From positions 1 to 64,000 of the forward strand of contig JALGVJ010000016.1 in NCBI GenBank assembly GCA_029838195.1: a stretch of DNA of 64,000 nucleotides. Reading direction: 5' to 3'. The translations under genes were made by a program, and so were the position numbers. The stretch comes from Promethearchaeota archaeon (GTDB lineage Archaea > Asgardarchaeota > Lokiarchaeia > Sigyniarchaeales > SOKP01). Shown here piece after piece: positions 30,327 to 40,141 of this stretch (within the stretch, counting starts at the first letter, position 1; each line of letters starts with the position of its first letter). The notes beneath the pieces were generated by a model. It saw only the letters and a list, made by a program, of their open reading frames with translations. It ran no database searches and had not been told where the DNA came from.

Positions 30327-31448
30327 TCAATGGATAATTTCTTTTATATTGTTAATGGCTTCCATTAAATCTTCATGAGCATGTATTCCTTCGCTTTTAA
30401 GAAGTTCTATTCCTTCACGATTCTTGTTTCCCATGAGCCGGATGATAAGGGGTGGCATTGTTTTAAAGGATTTTATTCCTTGAAGGATACCTTTAGCTAT
30501 AACATCGCATCTAGTTATTCCTCCGAATACATTAATGAATATTGCTTTAGGATTTAAATCTAAAATTAAATGCAATGCTTTATAAACTCTCTGAGAACTT
30601 GCTCCTCCACCAATATCTAAAAAATTTGCGGGTTTAATTCCCATATCACGCAAAATATCAATCAAGGCTAAGGTGAGACCTGCTCCATTTCCTATAATGC
30701 CCACGTCTCCATCAAGTTTTACGAAAAAGAGATCATTTTCCTTAGCATATTTTTCTAGTTTCGAGTATTTCTTTTCTTGAAGTTGTTGTAAAAATGGCTG
30801 GCGATAAAAGGCATTTTCATCTACAATAATTTTTCCGTCTAATGCAACGAATCCTGAAGGTGTTAATGCTAAAGGATTAATTTCTACCATTAATGCTTCA
30901 ATATTCGTGCAAATCTCCCATAACTTAAGAAATAGATGAGTAAACTCCTCGATTTGTCCATTTTTCACTCCCAAATTAAGGGCCATTTCTCGAGCCTTTT
31001 TCTTGCTCAATCCTTCCGTAAGCGTGAAATTTGTTCTAAAAATTGCACTTGGATTAGCCCTAGCAACTTCTTCAATTTCTATGCCGCCTTTAGCACTAGC
31101 TAATAGAGAAAATTGCCGTTCTGAAGCATCCAATACAATAGAGCAGTAATATTCGTGAATTATATTCGCTAATTTTTCAACTAAAGTCGCTTCTACCGAA
31201 TATCCTCCAATCTTTTTGTTTAAAAATTGTTTACAAAGACTAATTCCTTCTTGGTAATTTTTAGCAATTTTTATTAACCCTGCCTTTTTCCTACTCCCGA
31301 TCGCAATTTGAGACTTAATTATTGCTGGAAAGGAAAATATTCTTAATTTTTTCTCGGGATCATCGCCTCGAGTCACCAATAATCGTTCTAACAGAGGAAT
31401 TCCAAATTGCTGGAAAATTTCCTTACTTTCATGTTCAAGTAGTCGCAT
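30327..31448 (-). CDS. sucC: Succinyl-CoA synthetase beta subunit
   Basis: MRLLEHESK, GGIEIEE, EINPL, GNGAGL, ANFLDIGGG, NVFGGITRCD. Confidence 0.95.
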   Translation of the reverse strand: MRLLEHESKEIFQQFGIPLLERLLVTRGDDPEKKLRIFSFPAIIKSQIAIGSRKKAGLIKIAKNYQEGISLCKQFLNKKIGGYSVEATLVEKLANIIHEYYCSIVLDASERQFSLLASAKGGIEIEEVARANPSAIFRTNFTLTEGLSKKKAREMALNLGVKNGQIEEFTHLFLKLWEICTNIEALMVEINPLALTPSGFVALDGKIIVDENAFYRQPFLQQLQEKKYSKLEKYAKENDLFFVKLDGDVGIIGNGAGLTLALIDILRDMGIKPANFLDIGGGASSQRVYKALHLILDLNPKAIFINVFGGITRCDVIAKGILQGIKSFKTMPPLIIRLMGNKNREGIELLKSEGIHAHEDLMEAINNIKEIIH

Positions 31449-31451
31449 TTA

Positions 31452-31700
31452 TCATCTAACTCCTTTTTTATAATGAGATCCAAAAAGGATTGCGTCTGAA
31501 TTTTTAATAATATCGAACGATTTTTCGGGAAGTGGAGTTCCGTGTTTTTTATAAACACCAGCTCCGGCGGATGCTTTATGAAACTTAAATTTAAAATCGG
31601 TATATTTAGAGATTACTTTTAATATTTTAACTCCTTCTTCCACTACTTCGGGTCCAATTCCATCTCCCCTAATAATTACAATTTTAGAAGCCAAACTCAT
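31452..31700 (-). pseudogene. N-terminal fragment of an isocitrate/isopropylmalate dehydrogenase
   Basis: IRGDGIGPEV..G.PLP..SDAILFG, then an unrelated 8-aa tail; only 82 aa. Confidence 0.88.
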
Positions 31701-32116
31701 TTAACACTTCTCCACAATCTTTTTTAACTGCTCATGAATCTCCTTGTTTTTTTCTAGAGTTCTCCTTGTTAATGGAAAAAAAAATAATAATTCAGATAAA
31801 AGATAAAAAATTCTTTAATATAAAAATCTAACATGACATTTCATGATTTAATTAAATAATGGATGATTTTTACCTATCAAAAATTTATAAAAAGATAATA
31901 TTCGGAATGATGGATACCTATTACTTTAATTTAAGAATCTACAATAATGAGAAGAAAAAATTCTATTCTATTTTGGAATCAATTAAAATTAGCTTCATTG
32001 ATTTCTTCTCAAATCACGATTTTCTTAGAAGTCTGCTAAAAATCTCCATTTTTTTATAAAAAAAACAAAATAGTCTCTTCTATTCTTCTTGGAATATTTA
32101 AGTTTTTCTGTAATTT

Positions 32117-33340
32117 CTACATTCTTTCCACTAATATTGAAAGGATATTATTACCAAACCCTCCAAAATTACAGGTTATTCCGGTTGTAGCGCCCTCCAC
32201 TTGCCTTTTTCCTGCTTCACCACGCAACTGCCAGACCAATTCTACTACCTGTGCCACGCCTGTAGCTCCCAAGGGATGCCCTCTTGCCTTTAAACCGCCC
32301 GAGGGATTAATGGGGATCATTCCTCCAATTTTTGTCAATCCTTCATGAGCCGCTTTGGCGCCCTCCCCTTTTTTGAAAAATCCAATATCCTCACTTTGTA
32401 CTGCTTCTAATATTTCGAAAGCATCATGAAGTTCTGCAACATCAATATCTTCAGGTGTTTTATGAGCCATTTTATAGGCTTGTTGCGAACAGAGACGAAG
32501 TGCATTTAAAACGGTAACATCCTCCCGTTCATGAACAACGTGCGTGTCTGTAGCTTGTCCTATTCCTGAAATCAAAATGGGCGTATCACTGTATTTTTTT
32601 GCCAATTTTTCCTTACATAAAACTACTGCAGCAGCACCATCTGAAATTGGACAAATGTGAAAGAGTCTTAATGGGGCGGCTATTATTGGATTCACGCTAT
32701 CATCTTTTAAAAATTCATGAACGTTATTCCATTGTCCCTTTCCCTTTTTCATCGCACTTTCCATGAAATCATGAATAGTTCTCTGAAAGTGGGCATATGG
32801 ATTTAATGCACCATTCTCATGATTCTTGATGGCTATGTCTGAAATCCATTCTAGTTTAGCATTATATTTTTGAAGATATGTTCTTGTTAGCAAGCCAGCA
32901 AATGCAGGAAGCGAAATGCCATGAATTCTTTCTGCTTCGGGATGTGTAATAGTAGCCACAGTCGACGTTATAAAGCCAGGGGTTGTAACATGGGTCATTT
33001 TCTCTCCTCCCACGACTAATACTAAATCTGCCATTCCCGATGCAATCGCTTGAAAACCCGCCTTAATCGCCGAAGAGCCACTGGCAGGACCATTTTTAAT
33101 GTGATCGGCAGCGGCAGGTATCATATTTATTTTATCGACTAAGGCAGAGGCAATTCCCGAAATATTATTCAAAGCATCCGAACTCATGGCTCCCACGTAA
33201 ACGGCATCAAAATCTTCTTGACCGGTGTTAGAATCTTCCATTGCCATTAAAGAAGCTTCCGCAAGTAGATCTACTAATCCTTTCTCTTTTAAAATGCCGA
33301 ATTTTGTATGCCCTACACCTATAATACATGCTTTTTCCAA
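32117..33340 (-). CDS. Archaeal thiolase-family protein lacking the nucleophilic Cys
   Basis: GGEKM, CPISDGAAA, ELHDAF, NPSGGLKARGHPLGATG; NGPASG in place of ACASG. Confidence 0.9.
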   Translation of the reverse strand: MEKACIIGVGHTKFGILKEKGLVDLLAEASLMAMEDSNTGQEDFDAVYVGAMSSDALNNISGIASALVDKINMIPAAADHIKNGPASGSSAIKAGFQAIASGMADLVLVVGGEKMTHVTTPGFITSTVATITHPEAERIHGISLPAFAGLLTRTYLQKYNAKLEWISDIAIKNHENGALNPYAHFQRTIHDFMESAMKKGKGQWNNVHEFLKDDSVNPIIAAPLRLFHICPISDGAAAVVLCKEKLAKKYSDTPILISGIGQATDTHVVHEREDVTVLNALRLCSQQAYKMAHKTPEDIDVAELHDAFEILEAVQSEDIGFFKKGEGAKAAHEGLTKIGGMIPINPSGGLKARGHPLGATGVAQVVELVWQLRGEAGKRQVEGATTGITCNFGGFGNNILSILVERM

Positions 33341-33461
33341 ATAAACACCTTATCTATAATATTCTTGGAAAACCATGGAGGTAAAAATTTAATGTGAAAA
33401 ATAAATTTTCTTAAAAATTATCGAGAAATTAATCTTGAGATCTTCCCCTCATTCATTCATG

Positions 33462-33520
33462 TTCATGAAAAAATCCATGAGTTAACGAAAATTTCATGAA
33501 TTAATGAAAATTTCATGAGA
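33462..33520. repeat. Three imperfect ~19-nt repeats containing (T/C)CATGA in a divergent intergenic region
   Basis: ttcatgaaaaaatccatgagttaacgaaaatttcatgaattaatgaaaatttcatgaga. Confidence 0.6.
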
Positions 33521-33563
33521 TAAAACCAAAAAATATATTAAATTACCGGTATTTTAAAAATTA

Positions 33564-34241
33564 ATGGAGACAAAATCAAATAATAATTCTACACCAACGT
33601 GTCAATCTACTTTAAACCCTACCAACTGGAATGGTAGATCCATTGAAATTGACGATGCGGGTACGGGTGATCTGGTAGGAGATGCTTTTATTGGGTATCG
33701 AGATACCGGTAGTGGAAAAATCATTTTTAAAGCCGTACCAGTAGAATTTTATAAAGAAAAATATCGAGGAGAAGATCGTTCGAAAGAATGTATTCTAAAA
33801 CTTACGCTAGAAGCCCTCGAAGAGTTAAAATTTAGCAAAGAAAACGATAGAATCTTGCTTTGTAGGGGCAATTGTTTTGATCGAGTAAGAGAATATTTTG
33901 AAGAAAATAAGATCTATCATGAACCCGCCATAATTGAAGGCGAATTACAAGAAGCCGTTGAAACCAAGTACATTCAACATTTACGTAAGTTAGGTGTTAA
34001 ATCTAAAAACTTAACTACTGAATCGGGGGCTAAACGTTATTTTATTCTTTTTAATTGGGTTTGTAGAGATTTTCCTAATCGCGAAAAATACGTTAAAACG
34101 GGATTTCCTTCGTGGAATAAAAAATGGAGAAAAATAGCCATGGAAAGATATGAAAAATATCAAAAACCTAAGAAAAAAGATCAAAAAATAAAACAAATCC
34201 GAGAAAGAGCAAATATTATTTTAAAGAACTTCTCCAAATAA
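33564..34241 (+). CDS. Conserved hypothetical protein with an RNase HII-like N-terminal motif
   Basis: IEIDDAGTGDLVG resembles GIDEAGRG..G. Confidence 0.65.
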   Translation: METKSNNNSTPTCQSTLNPTNWNGRSIEIDDAGTGDLVGDAFIGYRDTGSGKIIFKAVPVEFYKEKYRGEDRSKECILKLTLEALEELKFSKENDRILLCRGNCFDRVREYFEENKIYHEPAIIEGELQEAVETKYIQHLRKLGVKSKNLTTESGAKRYFILFNWVCRDFPNREKYVKTGFPSWNKKWRKIAMERYEKYQKPKKKDQKIKQIRERANIILKNFSK

Positions 34242-34267
34242 AAAAATGTAATTTTTAAACTTAATTT

Positions 34268-36254
34268 GTAATTATAAAGTGTTCTGATCAAAATAGAGGT
34301 TACTAATCCTAATTAATTAATCTACCTGATGAAATAAATTGGGATGATCAATGGTTCAAAACGTGGTATCCGTTCAAGAACATCAATCCTCAAAACCCAC
34401 GTTTAGCCTGTATCACGAAGAAAAAGCACTCTTTTGAACCTTCTATCCACTACCCTGCGCTATCGATACGTTTCCTAAATTAATGCTTGAAAACCGTTTA
34501 AAAGCCGATCGCTTTCAGCACGGGGGTGATCTTTCCTAAAAGCACCAGGTGTAAGGCTTTCCCGAAGTCCATGCCATGTTTCTTACAGGTCTGGAGGAGG
34601 GAGAGGTATAAAGTAAAAGAGTCCATGACCTCCTCGCTCTTGAAATCGTAGCTTGTTTTTCGCATGATGACAAAGGGACGGAGTTCCCTTTCCGCCGCAT
34701 TGTTATCGGGCGGGATGCCGGGATGCTTTAAATAGGTGAAGAGATACGGTTCATGGCGCCTCATTCGTTCAATGAGGCGCTTTAGATCGCCGTCCACCGC
34801 CCCCTCGGCTTCTATTTTCTCAATTAACGCTCTCAATTGCCGTACGGCATCCTCTTCCGTCGCCCGGATCTCGGGTTTGGCTTGATAACTAAGCGGGGTA
34901 TTTTCATCCCCCCAAGCTTGTTTAAAAAACGAGTATAATAAGAACGCATGCTTCATTTTTTGCCGTTCTTTCCTGATTGTTTCCTCACATTCCTTGCGCT
35001 CTTCCTCGGAGAGGGGTATCGGGCGCTTCTTTGGTCGCCCCCGCTTTTTTTTCACGGTATTTTCTTTCATCTTCTCTTCTTTTTGCTGGGCATCCTCCTT
35101 TAACCGGGCTCTGAGCTTTTGGCACGTGGATTCCCCCTTCATCATGATGACCTTTAAGTCTTTTACCAGGTGAGCCAAGCATTTCTGTTGCTCCTGCGTG
35201 AGGCCAAGATAAGGTCTCCAAAAATCCGTGATCAACACTCCTCCAAAATCCTCGAAGAATTTCTCAATTGCCCTACGGCTTCTCGAGGCGTGCGGGAGAA
35301 ACAAGGTGAAAAACGTGGTAGTAATGACCCAGAGCCACCAATTTCCTCCCTTCATCGGCAATCCTGTCTCATCAGCATGAACGTACCTTGCTTCTTTTAA
35401 CTTTTTCAAGCATTCTAAATAAAATTCTTCCAGATGAGCACCATGTTTCTTGAACCAATCAATAATGGAGGTAATTGAAATTAAACGGTTCAAATGAGGG
35501 ATCCAGCGTTCAAACTCCACTAATATTTTGGAGTAAGAATGCTTGGATTCGATGCGGGATTGCATGACGGTAGCGATGAAGCCGAACCCAAAATGACAGT
35601 TTTTTAACACCCCGAAATCGATATTCACGAGCTTTTTACAAGCTTTACAGCGATAGCGATGGAGGATATATTTCGTAATCACTAAGGATCTATTGTGCTT
35701 TCCAACGACCAAATCCAGCATCACGTGGTCCCAAGTACCGCCCGCTTTTCTCAGCTTGTCGCTCCCGGCACCGCATTGCGGGCATTTTTTAAGGTGAACG
35801 TGGACCACGGAATCGATTTGTTCTTCAGGCGGTCGCCTCCACGTGTCGCCGTTACTCCCCTTGGGCTTGCCTCGCTTTTTTCCCCTGTCATTTCCTCCTA
35901 AGTCCGGGCTATCACGCCTTTTGCCCTTGTCTTTTCGCTGCTTCCTCTTCTGCTCGAAATGCTTACGGGTTTTTTTATTTTCTTCCTGCCAGGTCTCAAT
36001 CAATTCCTTTTTGACTTCTTTTTTCTGGCGTGTAAGATTAATTTCGGGCGGCTCATCCGGCATGGAGTGAGCCAAGCACCGTTCCGCTCTCAACTCAAGA
36101 TATTTTTTGGCTAAAATGAAGAGACCGAAAAGTAATAAAAAATGGAGGATGTAATAAACCAGCATGTCATGGAGATATTACATGCCTTGGTATAAGAAAC
36201 AGAATATCACGTAGAAAATATATTTATAAAGGGATCAGAATACTTTATAATTAC
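34268..36254 (-). mobile_element. Complete IS66-family insertion sequence (single ORF, ISBst12-like), 1987 bp
   Basis: 22-bp TIRs GTAATTATAAAGT(G/A)TTCTGATC at 34268-34289 and 36233-36254; 8-bp TSD CTTAATTT at 34260-34267 and 36255-36262; visibly richer in GC than the flanks. Confidence 0.95.
34498..36165 (-). CDS. tnpC: IS66 family DDE transposase
   Basis: CPQCG/CKAC Zn finger, HADETG, WLWV, LITD, QKCLAHL, PPDNNAAERELR. Confidence 0.95.
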   Translation of the reverse strand: MLVYYILHFLLLFGLFILAKKYLELRAERCLAHSMPDEPPEINLTRQKKEVKKELIETWQEENKKTRKHFEQKRKQRKDKGKRRDSPDLGGNDRGKKRGKPKGSNGDTWRRPPEEQIDSVVHVHLKKCPQCGAGSDKLRKAGGTWDHVMLDLVVGKHNRSLVITKYILHRYRCKACKKLVNIDFGVLKNCHFGFGFIATVMQSRIESKHSYSKILVEFERWIPHLNRLISITSIIDWFKKHGAHLEEFYLECLKKLKEARYVHADETGLPMKGGNWWLWVITTTFFTLFLPHASRSRRAIEKFFEDFGGVLITDFWRPYLGLTQEQQKCLAHLVKDLKVIMMKGESTCQKLRARLKEDAQQKEEKMKENTVKKKRGRPKKRPIPLSEEERKECEETIRKERQKMKHAFLLYSFFKQAWGDENTPLSYQAKPEIRATEEDAVRQLRALIEKIEAEGAVDGDLKRLIERMRRHEPYLFTYLKHPGIPPDNNAAERELRPFVIMRKTSYDFKSEEVMDSFTLYLSLLQTCKKHGMDFGKALHLVLLGKITPVLKAIGF

Positions 36255-36506
36255 CTTAATTTTTTTAAAAACTTAACGAAATGCATATTTCTTCTTAAAA
36301 ATTATTTCTTCTAATATATAATTGAAGTTCAATTCAATACTTCATGTTTTTTCAATGGTATTTAATATTTAATGCTTTTTCATAGATGAAAAAGTTTTGA
36401 CAAAACCATTAATAAACAAATGAAATCAAGAATTTAATACGAAAATACATGGAATTGATTAAATTATGATTTATTAATTCAAATTACGTTAAAACTTCGA
36501 AGAATT

Positions 36507-37373
36507 CTATTGTTTTAATAATTCAAATGCAGTCATCAGTACCCAAGTAAAAATATTTATCGTCAAAATCCATTCCACTAAGGGATTAAAGATAATGAGG
36601 AGTAAGAGCAAATTAGGCATGGTTAAGAATCCAATGATGACGTGATATAATTTATAAGCTTTTGATTTCAACATTAAAAAACTATAAAGAGTAATGTAAA
36701 TTCCCGAGCCGATGAAACTAAAAATTGCTACAACCCCATGAAAAATGAGAAAATAATCATAATAAACGGGATCGGGAAGAATTCCTACTAATGCTATGCA
36801 TACTCCCGTAAGAACTGCAGTCCCTGTAGCAATCCTTCGAATGAATTCATTAAGTCCTACCAAAGTTTTTTCTAAATATAATAAAAAGGGAATTCCCAAA
36901 GAACCTGAAACGACAAAAGCAATGCTAAAAAGAGTCCTTGCGGTTCCATATCCTAATGAACTCACGGTATTATATAGCGGATTATAATTTGGTGTTAATA
37001 TAATTGATATAATTATAAGAATAAGAGCTATTAATGTTCCAATCAGTCCAAAATAAATTTCTAATTTGGATAAATGCGCCTCTACTATATGAATTAGTCT
37101 TTCATCAGATAAATCCTCACTAAGTAATTCTCTAATGAGCACTGATTTTTTTGGTAATACAAATAATTTATTAATTATTTCTTCAACTCCCTTTATTTGC
37201 CTTATTAATTTTTCAGCCCTACTTTTTTGCCATATTGCAGTTAACGTTCCCTCTAAGGTCACTATCCCATCTTTCACGGTTGCTCTTATCTTGGCAACAT
37301 CGATCATTTTATCTTTTTTAAGTTTTTTAATTACTTCGTATTTAATTTTTGAATCTTTTTGATTTTCACTCAT
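36507..37373 (-). CDS. BON domain + DUF998-like membrane domain fusion
   Basis: BON: IRATVKDGIVTLEG..GVEEIINKL; then YNPLYNTVSSLG, VGILP, HGVVA and about 5-6 TM segments. Confidence 0.75.
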   Translation of the reverse strand: MSENQKDSKIKYEVIKKLKKDKMIDVAKIRATVKDGIVTLEGTLTAIWQKSRAEKLIRQIKGVEEIINKLFVLPKKSVLIRELLSEDLSDERLIHIVEAHLSKLEIYFGLIGTLIALILIIISIILTPNYNPLYNTVSSLGYGTARTLFSIAFVVSGSLGIPFLLYLEKTLVGLNEFIRRIATGTAVLTGVCIALVGILPDPVYYDYFLIFHGVVAIFSFIGSGIYITLYSFLMLKSKAYKLYHVIIGFLTMPNLLLLLIIFNPLVEWILTINIFTWVLMTAFELLKQ

Positions 37374-37549
37374 CTTAGTTCCCGATTAATTTTTGATTTC
37401 ATTAAAATATCAATGGTATAAACATACCATGAAATTTAAAAATTAAAAATCTAAGGTATTATAGATAATTTTAAGATTTTTTACTGATAAATATTTAATA
37501 AAATTAAAGAAAAATTAAAAAAATTAAATGAAAAGCAAATTTTTTCTTT

Positions 37550-38950
37550 CTATTCTATTTTTTTCCTTTTCAACTCATGCAATTTTTTCGCTTTCTCTGT
37601 TATTTCATTATAAATTTCCTTAGTAAGAGGAGATTTAATCATTGCGATTAATCCAATTAATAAAAAGATTGCAGGAAAGATAAAGAATAAACTTCTTAAA
37701 CCAAAAATCGTTTGTTCGGATGTTCCAAGAGGATCAAAAATTGCCCATCCAACAGAATTAAAAACCAATGCGATGCAAAGAAAAACAGCAACATTAGTAA
37801 GTTTTGCAATGAATCCATTAATACCATAGAAGCCTGCTTCTCTTCTTATACCATTTATTAATTCATCTTGGTCAATAATTGCAGAAATATTCACATCTCT
37901 AACAAATAAGGCTCCAGCTAATCCAATTCCTAATAAGAAAAAAAATATAAATGCAAAAAACGCTCTAGAAATAAACATGAAGGGTACAAGGTTAAAAATT
38001 AAAATGACTATTGTTGCAATGAAAGCCTTTTTAATCCCAATTTTTTTGACCACGTGCTGCCAAAAGAATATAAATATGGCAGCAGAGATAAAACCAATTG
38101 CTAAAAACAGCGAAAGTATTAACGAATCATCAATCTTTAGTACAAAACTTCCATATAACGGTAATATGGTCGGGATCATCCCAAAAACAAACCATACAGA
38201 AAAAGTTCCAACAATATGATGACGGAATGCTTTATTTTTAAAGGTATATTTTAGAGCAGTTAAAAAGGAAGGAGCGTTTTCTGGATCTTTTGAAAATTCT
38301 TTTCTTTCTTCGATTCCAAATTTAATAAAAATGGTTGCAGAAACACTGCATAATATAGAAATGAAAATGGCTGCAAAGATGTAATTTTGATAATATTGAG
38401 GATCATCATATTTGGGAATGAAAAAGCTTGGTAAAATAAACGCAATCATCAAGGAACAGATTTGAAAAAATTGAATGATTGTATTGGCTTTTGCCCTCTG
38501 TTCTAAATTTCTAAACATTTCTGGAAATAGGGCTGTTTGATTTACACTCCACATTGTATAAAAGAATTCCCACGTAATGATGATGATTAAAAAATATAAA
38601 AATATGATTATCTGATCTCCAATTGGAGGTGTCCATAAAAAAATGTTAATTATCAATAATGGAATAATTCCTACAATAATGTAAGGTAGCCGACGCCCCC
38701 ATCTTGTGCTTGTTTTATCTGAAATCGTTCCTAAAAGAGGATCATTAATAGCATTCCAAAAACTCCAAATAATGAAACCTATTGTGATGAGATTCACGTT
38801 TAATCCAATAACGGCATAATAGAAGGTAAAAATGAGAAAGCTAAAAAATTGAAAGAGAACAACATCTGTAAAGCCAGCAAGACTATAAAAAATAGCTTTT
38901 TTCGTCGTATACTCATTAATTTTTCTGTTTTTATTGTTCTTAACATTCAT
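37550..38950 (-). CDS. MFS transporter, GPH family
   Basis: WNAINDPLLGTISD, WGRRLPY, IIDQDE..RREAGFYG. Confidence 0.92.
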   Translation of the reverse strand: MNVKNNKNRKINEYTTKKAIFYSLAGFTDVVLFQFFSFLIFTFYYAVIGLNVNLITIGFIIWSFWNAINDPLLGTISDKTSTRWGRRLPYIIVGIIPLLIINIFLWTPPIGDQIIIFLYFLIIIITWEFFYTMWSVNQTALFPEMFRNLEQRAKANTIIQFFQICSLMIAFILPSFFIPKYDDPQYYQNYIFAAIFISILCSVSATIFIKFGIEERKEFSKDPENAPSFLTALKYTFKNKAFRHHIVGTFSVWFVFGMIPTILPLYGSFVLKIDDSLILSLFLAIGFISAAIFIFFWQHVVKKIGIKKAFIATIVILIFNLVPFMFISRAFFAFIFFFLLGIGLAGALFVRDVNISAIIDQDELINGIRREAGFYGINGFIAKLTNVAVFLCIALVFNSVGWAIFDPLGTSEQTIFGLRSLFFIFPAIFLLIGLIAMIKSPLTKEIYNEITEKAKKLHELKRKKIE

Positions 38951-39151
38951 AAGATATCGTTTTTCATGAAATAGTTAATTAGTATTTAATAGTGAGAGCA
39001 TATATAAAGGATTAATTCTTTTCTCAATACGATTAATAAAAAAGAGAAAGAATATAATTAACACTAAAAAGAGTTGAAAAAGAAATTTTAACTATTTGAT
39101 CACTTATTTGAATAGAAAATATTTAATATGTATTAATTTATAATAATTAAA

Positions 39152-39562
39152 ATGGGAAATTCAGAGCAAGCAGAACGCTGGATAAAACAAGCTAAAATCG
39201 ATTATGAAAGTGCAATAAATAATTTAGAATTTAAGTCATTTGAGTTAGTTTGCTTTTTATCACATCAAGTTGCAGAAAAATCATTAAAAGCATTGTTATA
39301 TAGCATTGGCCTAAGACCTTTTGGGCATTCTCTTAAAGAACTAGCAGAAACAATTGAAAAAGAAAACATGAACATAAAAATTCCTAAGGAATGCGTACTT
39401 GAATTGGATAAGCATTATATTGCCACGAGATATCCGGATGCTTTTGTCTCGGGAATACCCCATGAATATTATTCAAAAAAAAATGCATTAAATTGTTTAA
39501 AATGGAGCAAAAAAATATTAGAATTAGCAAAAGATTACTTGAAAAGCATTGTAAAGAGTTAG
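39152..39562 (+). CDS. HEPN domain protein (toxin)
   Basis: HQVAEKSLKA, GHSLKEL, HYIATRYPD. Confidence 0.92.
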   Translation: MGNSEQAERWIKQAKIDYESAINNLEFKSFELVCFLSHQVAEKSLKALLYSIGLRPFGHSLKELAETIEKENMNIKIPKECVLELDKHYIATRYPDAFVSGIPHEYYSKKNALNCLKWSKKILELAKDYLKSIVKS

Positions 39563-39975
39563 TGATTCTAAAAGAATTCATAAATAAAACCCATCAAGCC
39601 TTAAAAGATAAATTCATTTGTGCAATTTTAATTGGTTCGAGAGCTCGTACAGATTTTAATGAAGGGAGTGATATTGACTTAATTTTAGTTGGAGCATGGG
39701 ATAATGAAATTCTGTTTGATAGAATTGAAGAAATTCAAAATAATACGCCACTTCCTCCCTTACCCATTGATTTCTTCCTATATCGAGTGGAAGAAATTAA
39801 AAAAATGATACAGCAAGGAAATCCGATGATTTTGGATGGTTTTAGGGAGGAGGGAATTTGCTTATATAATGATGTATTCTTTCAGAATGTTCAAGATCTT
39901 ATTACACAAAAAATCAGTGAGGGTTTTTTGGAGAAAAAGAATGGCATTTGGAAAGTAAATACTCTTTCTAAATAA
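39562..39975 (+). CDS. Minimal nucleotidyltransferase (MNT antitoxin)
   Basis: IGSRARTD..GSDIDL; likely GTG start overlapping the HEPN stop (TAGTG); the ORF track starts it at 39493. Confidence 0.88.
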   Translation: MILKEFINKTHQALKDKFICAILIGSRARTDFNEGSDIDLILVGAWDNEILFDRIEEIQNNTPLPPLPIDFFLYRVEEIKKMIQQGNPMILDGFREEGICLYNDVFFQNVQDLITQKISEGFLEKKNGIWKVNTLSK

Positions 39976-40141
39976 AATTAACAGAAAAAAGAAAAAAAAA
40001 TTTATTCTTCAAATAATTTCAAGTGAGAAACTATTTTGTGATTAATTTAGTATCATCAGAAAGAGATTTATTTTATAAAATCAAATTAAATAACAAAAAT
40101 GTTTTTCTCTATTTTTTCTTTATTTGATTTAGGTGTTTTAA

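Noticed and set aside
31859-32059. 66-aa plus-strand ORF
   Set aside because: Low-complexity AT-rich sequence, opposite to the surrounding operon, with no motifs
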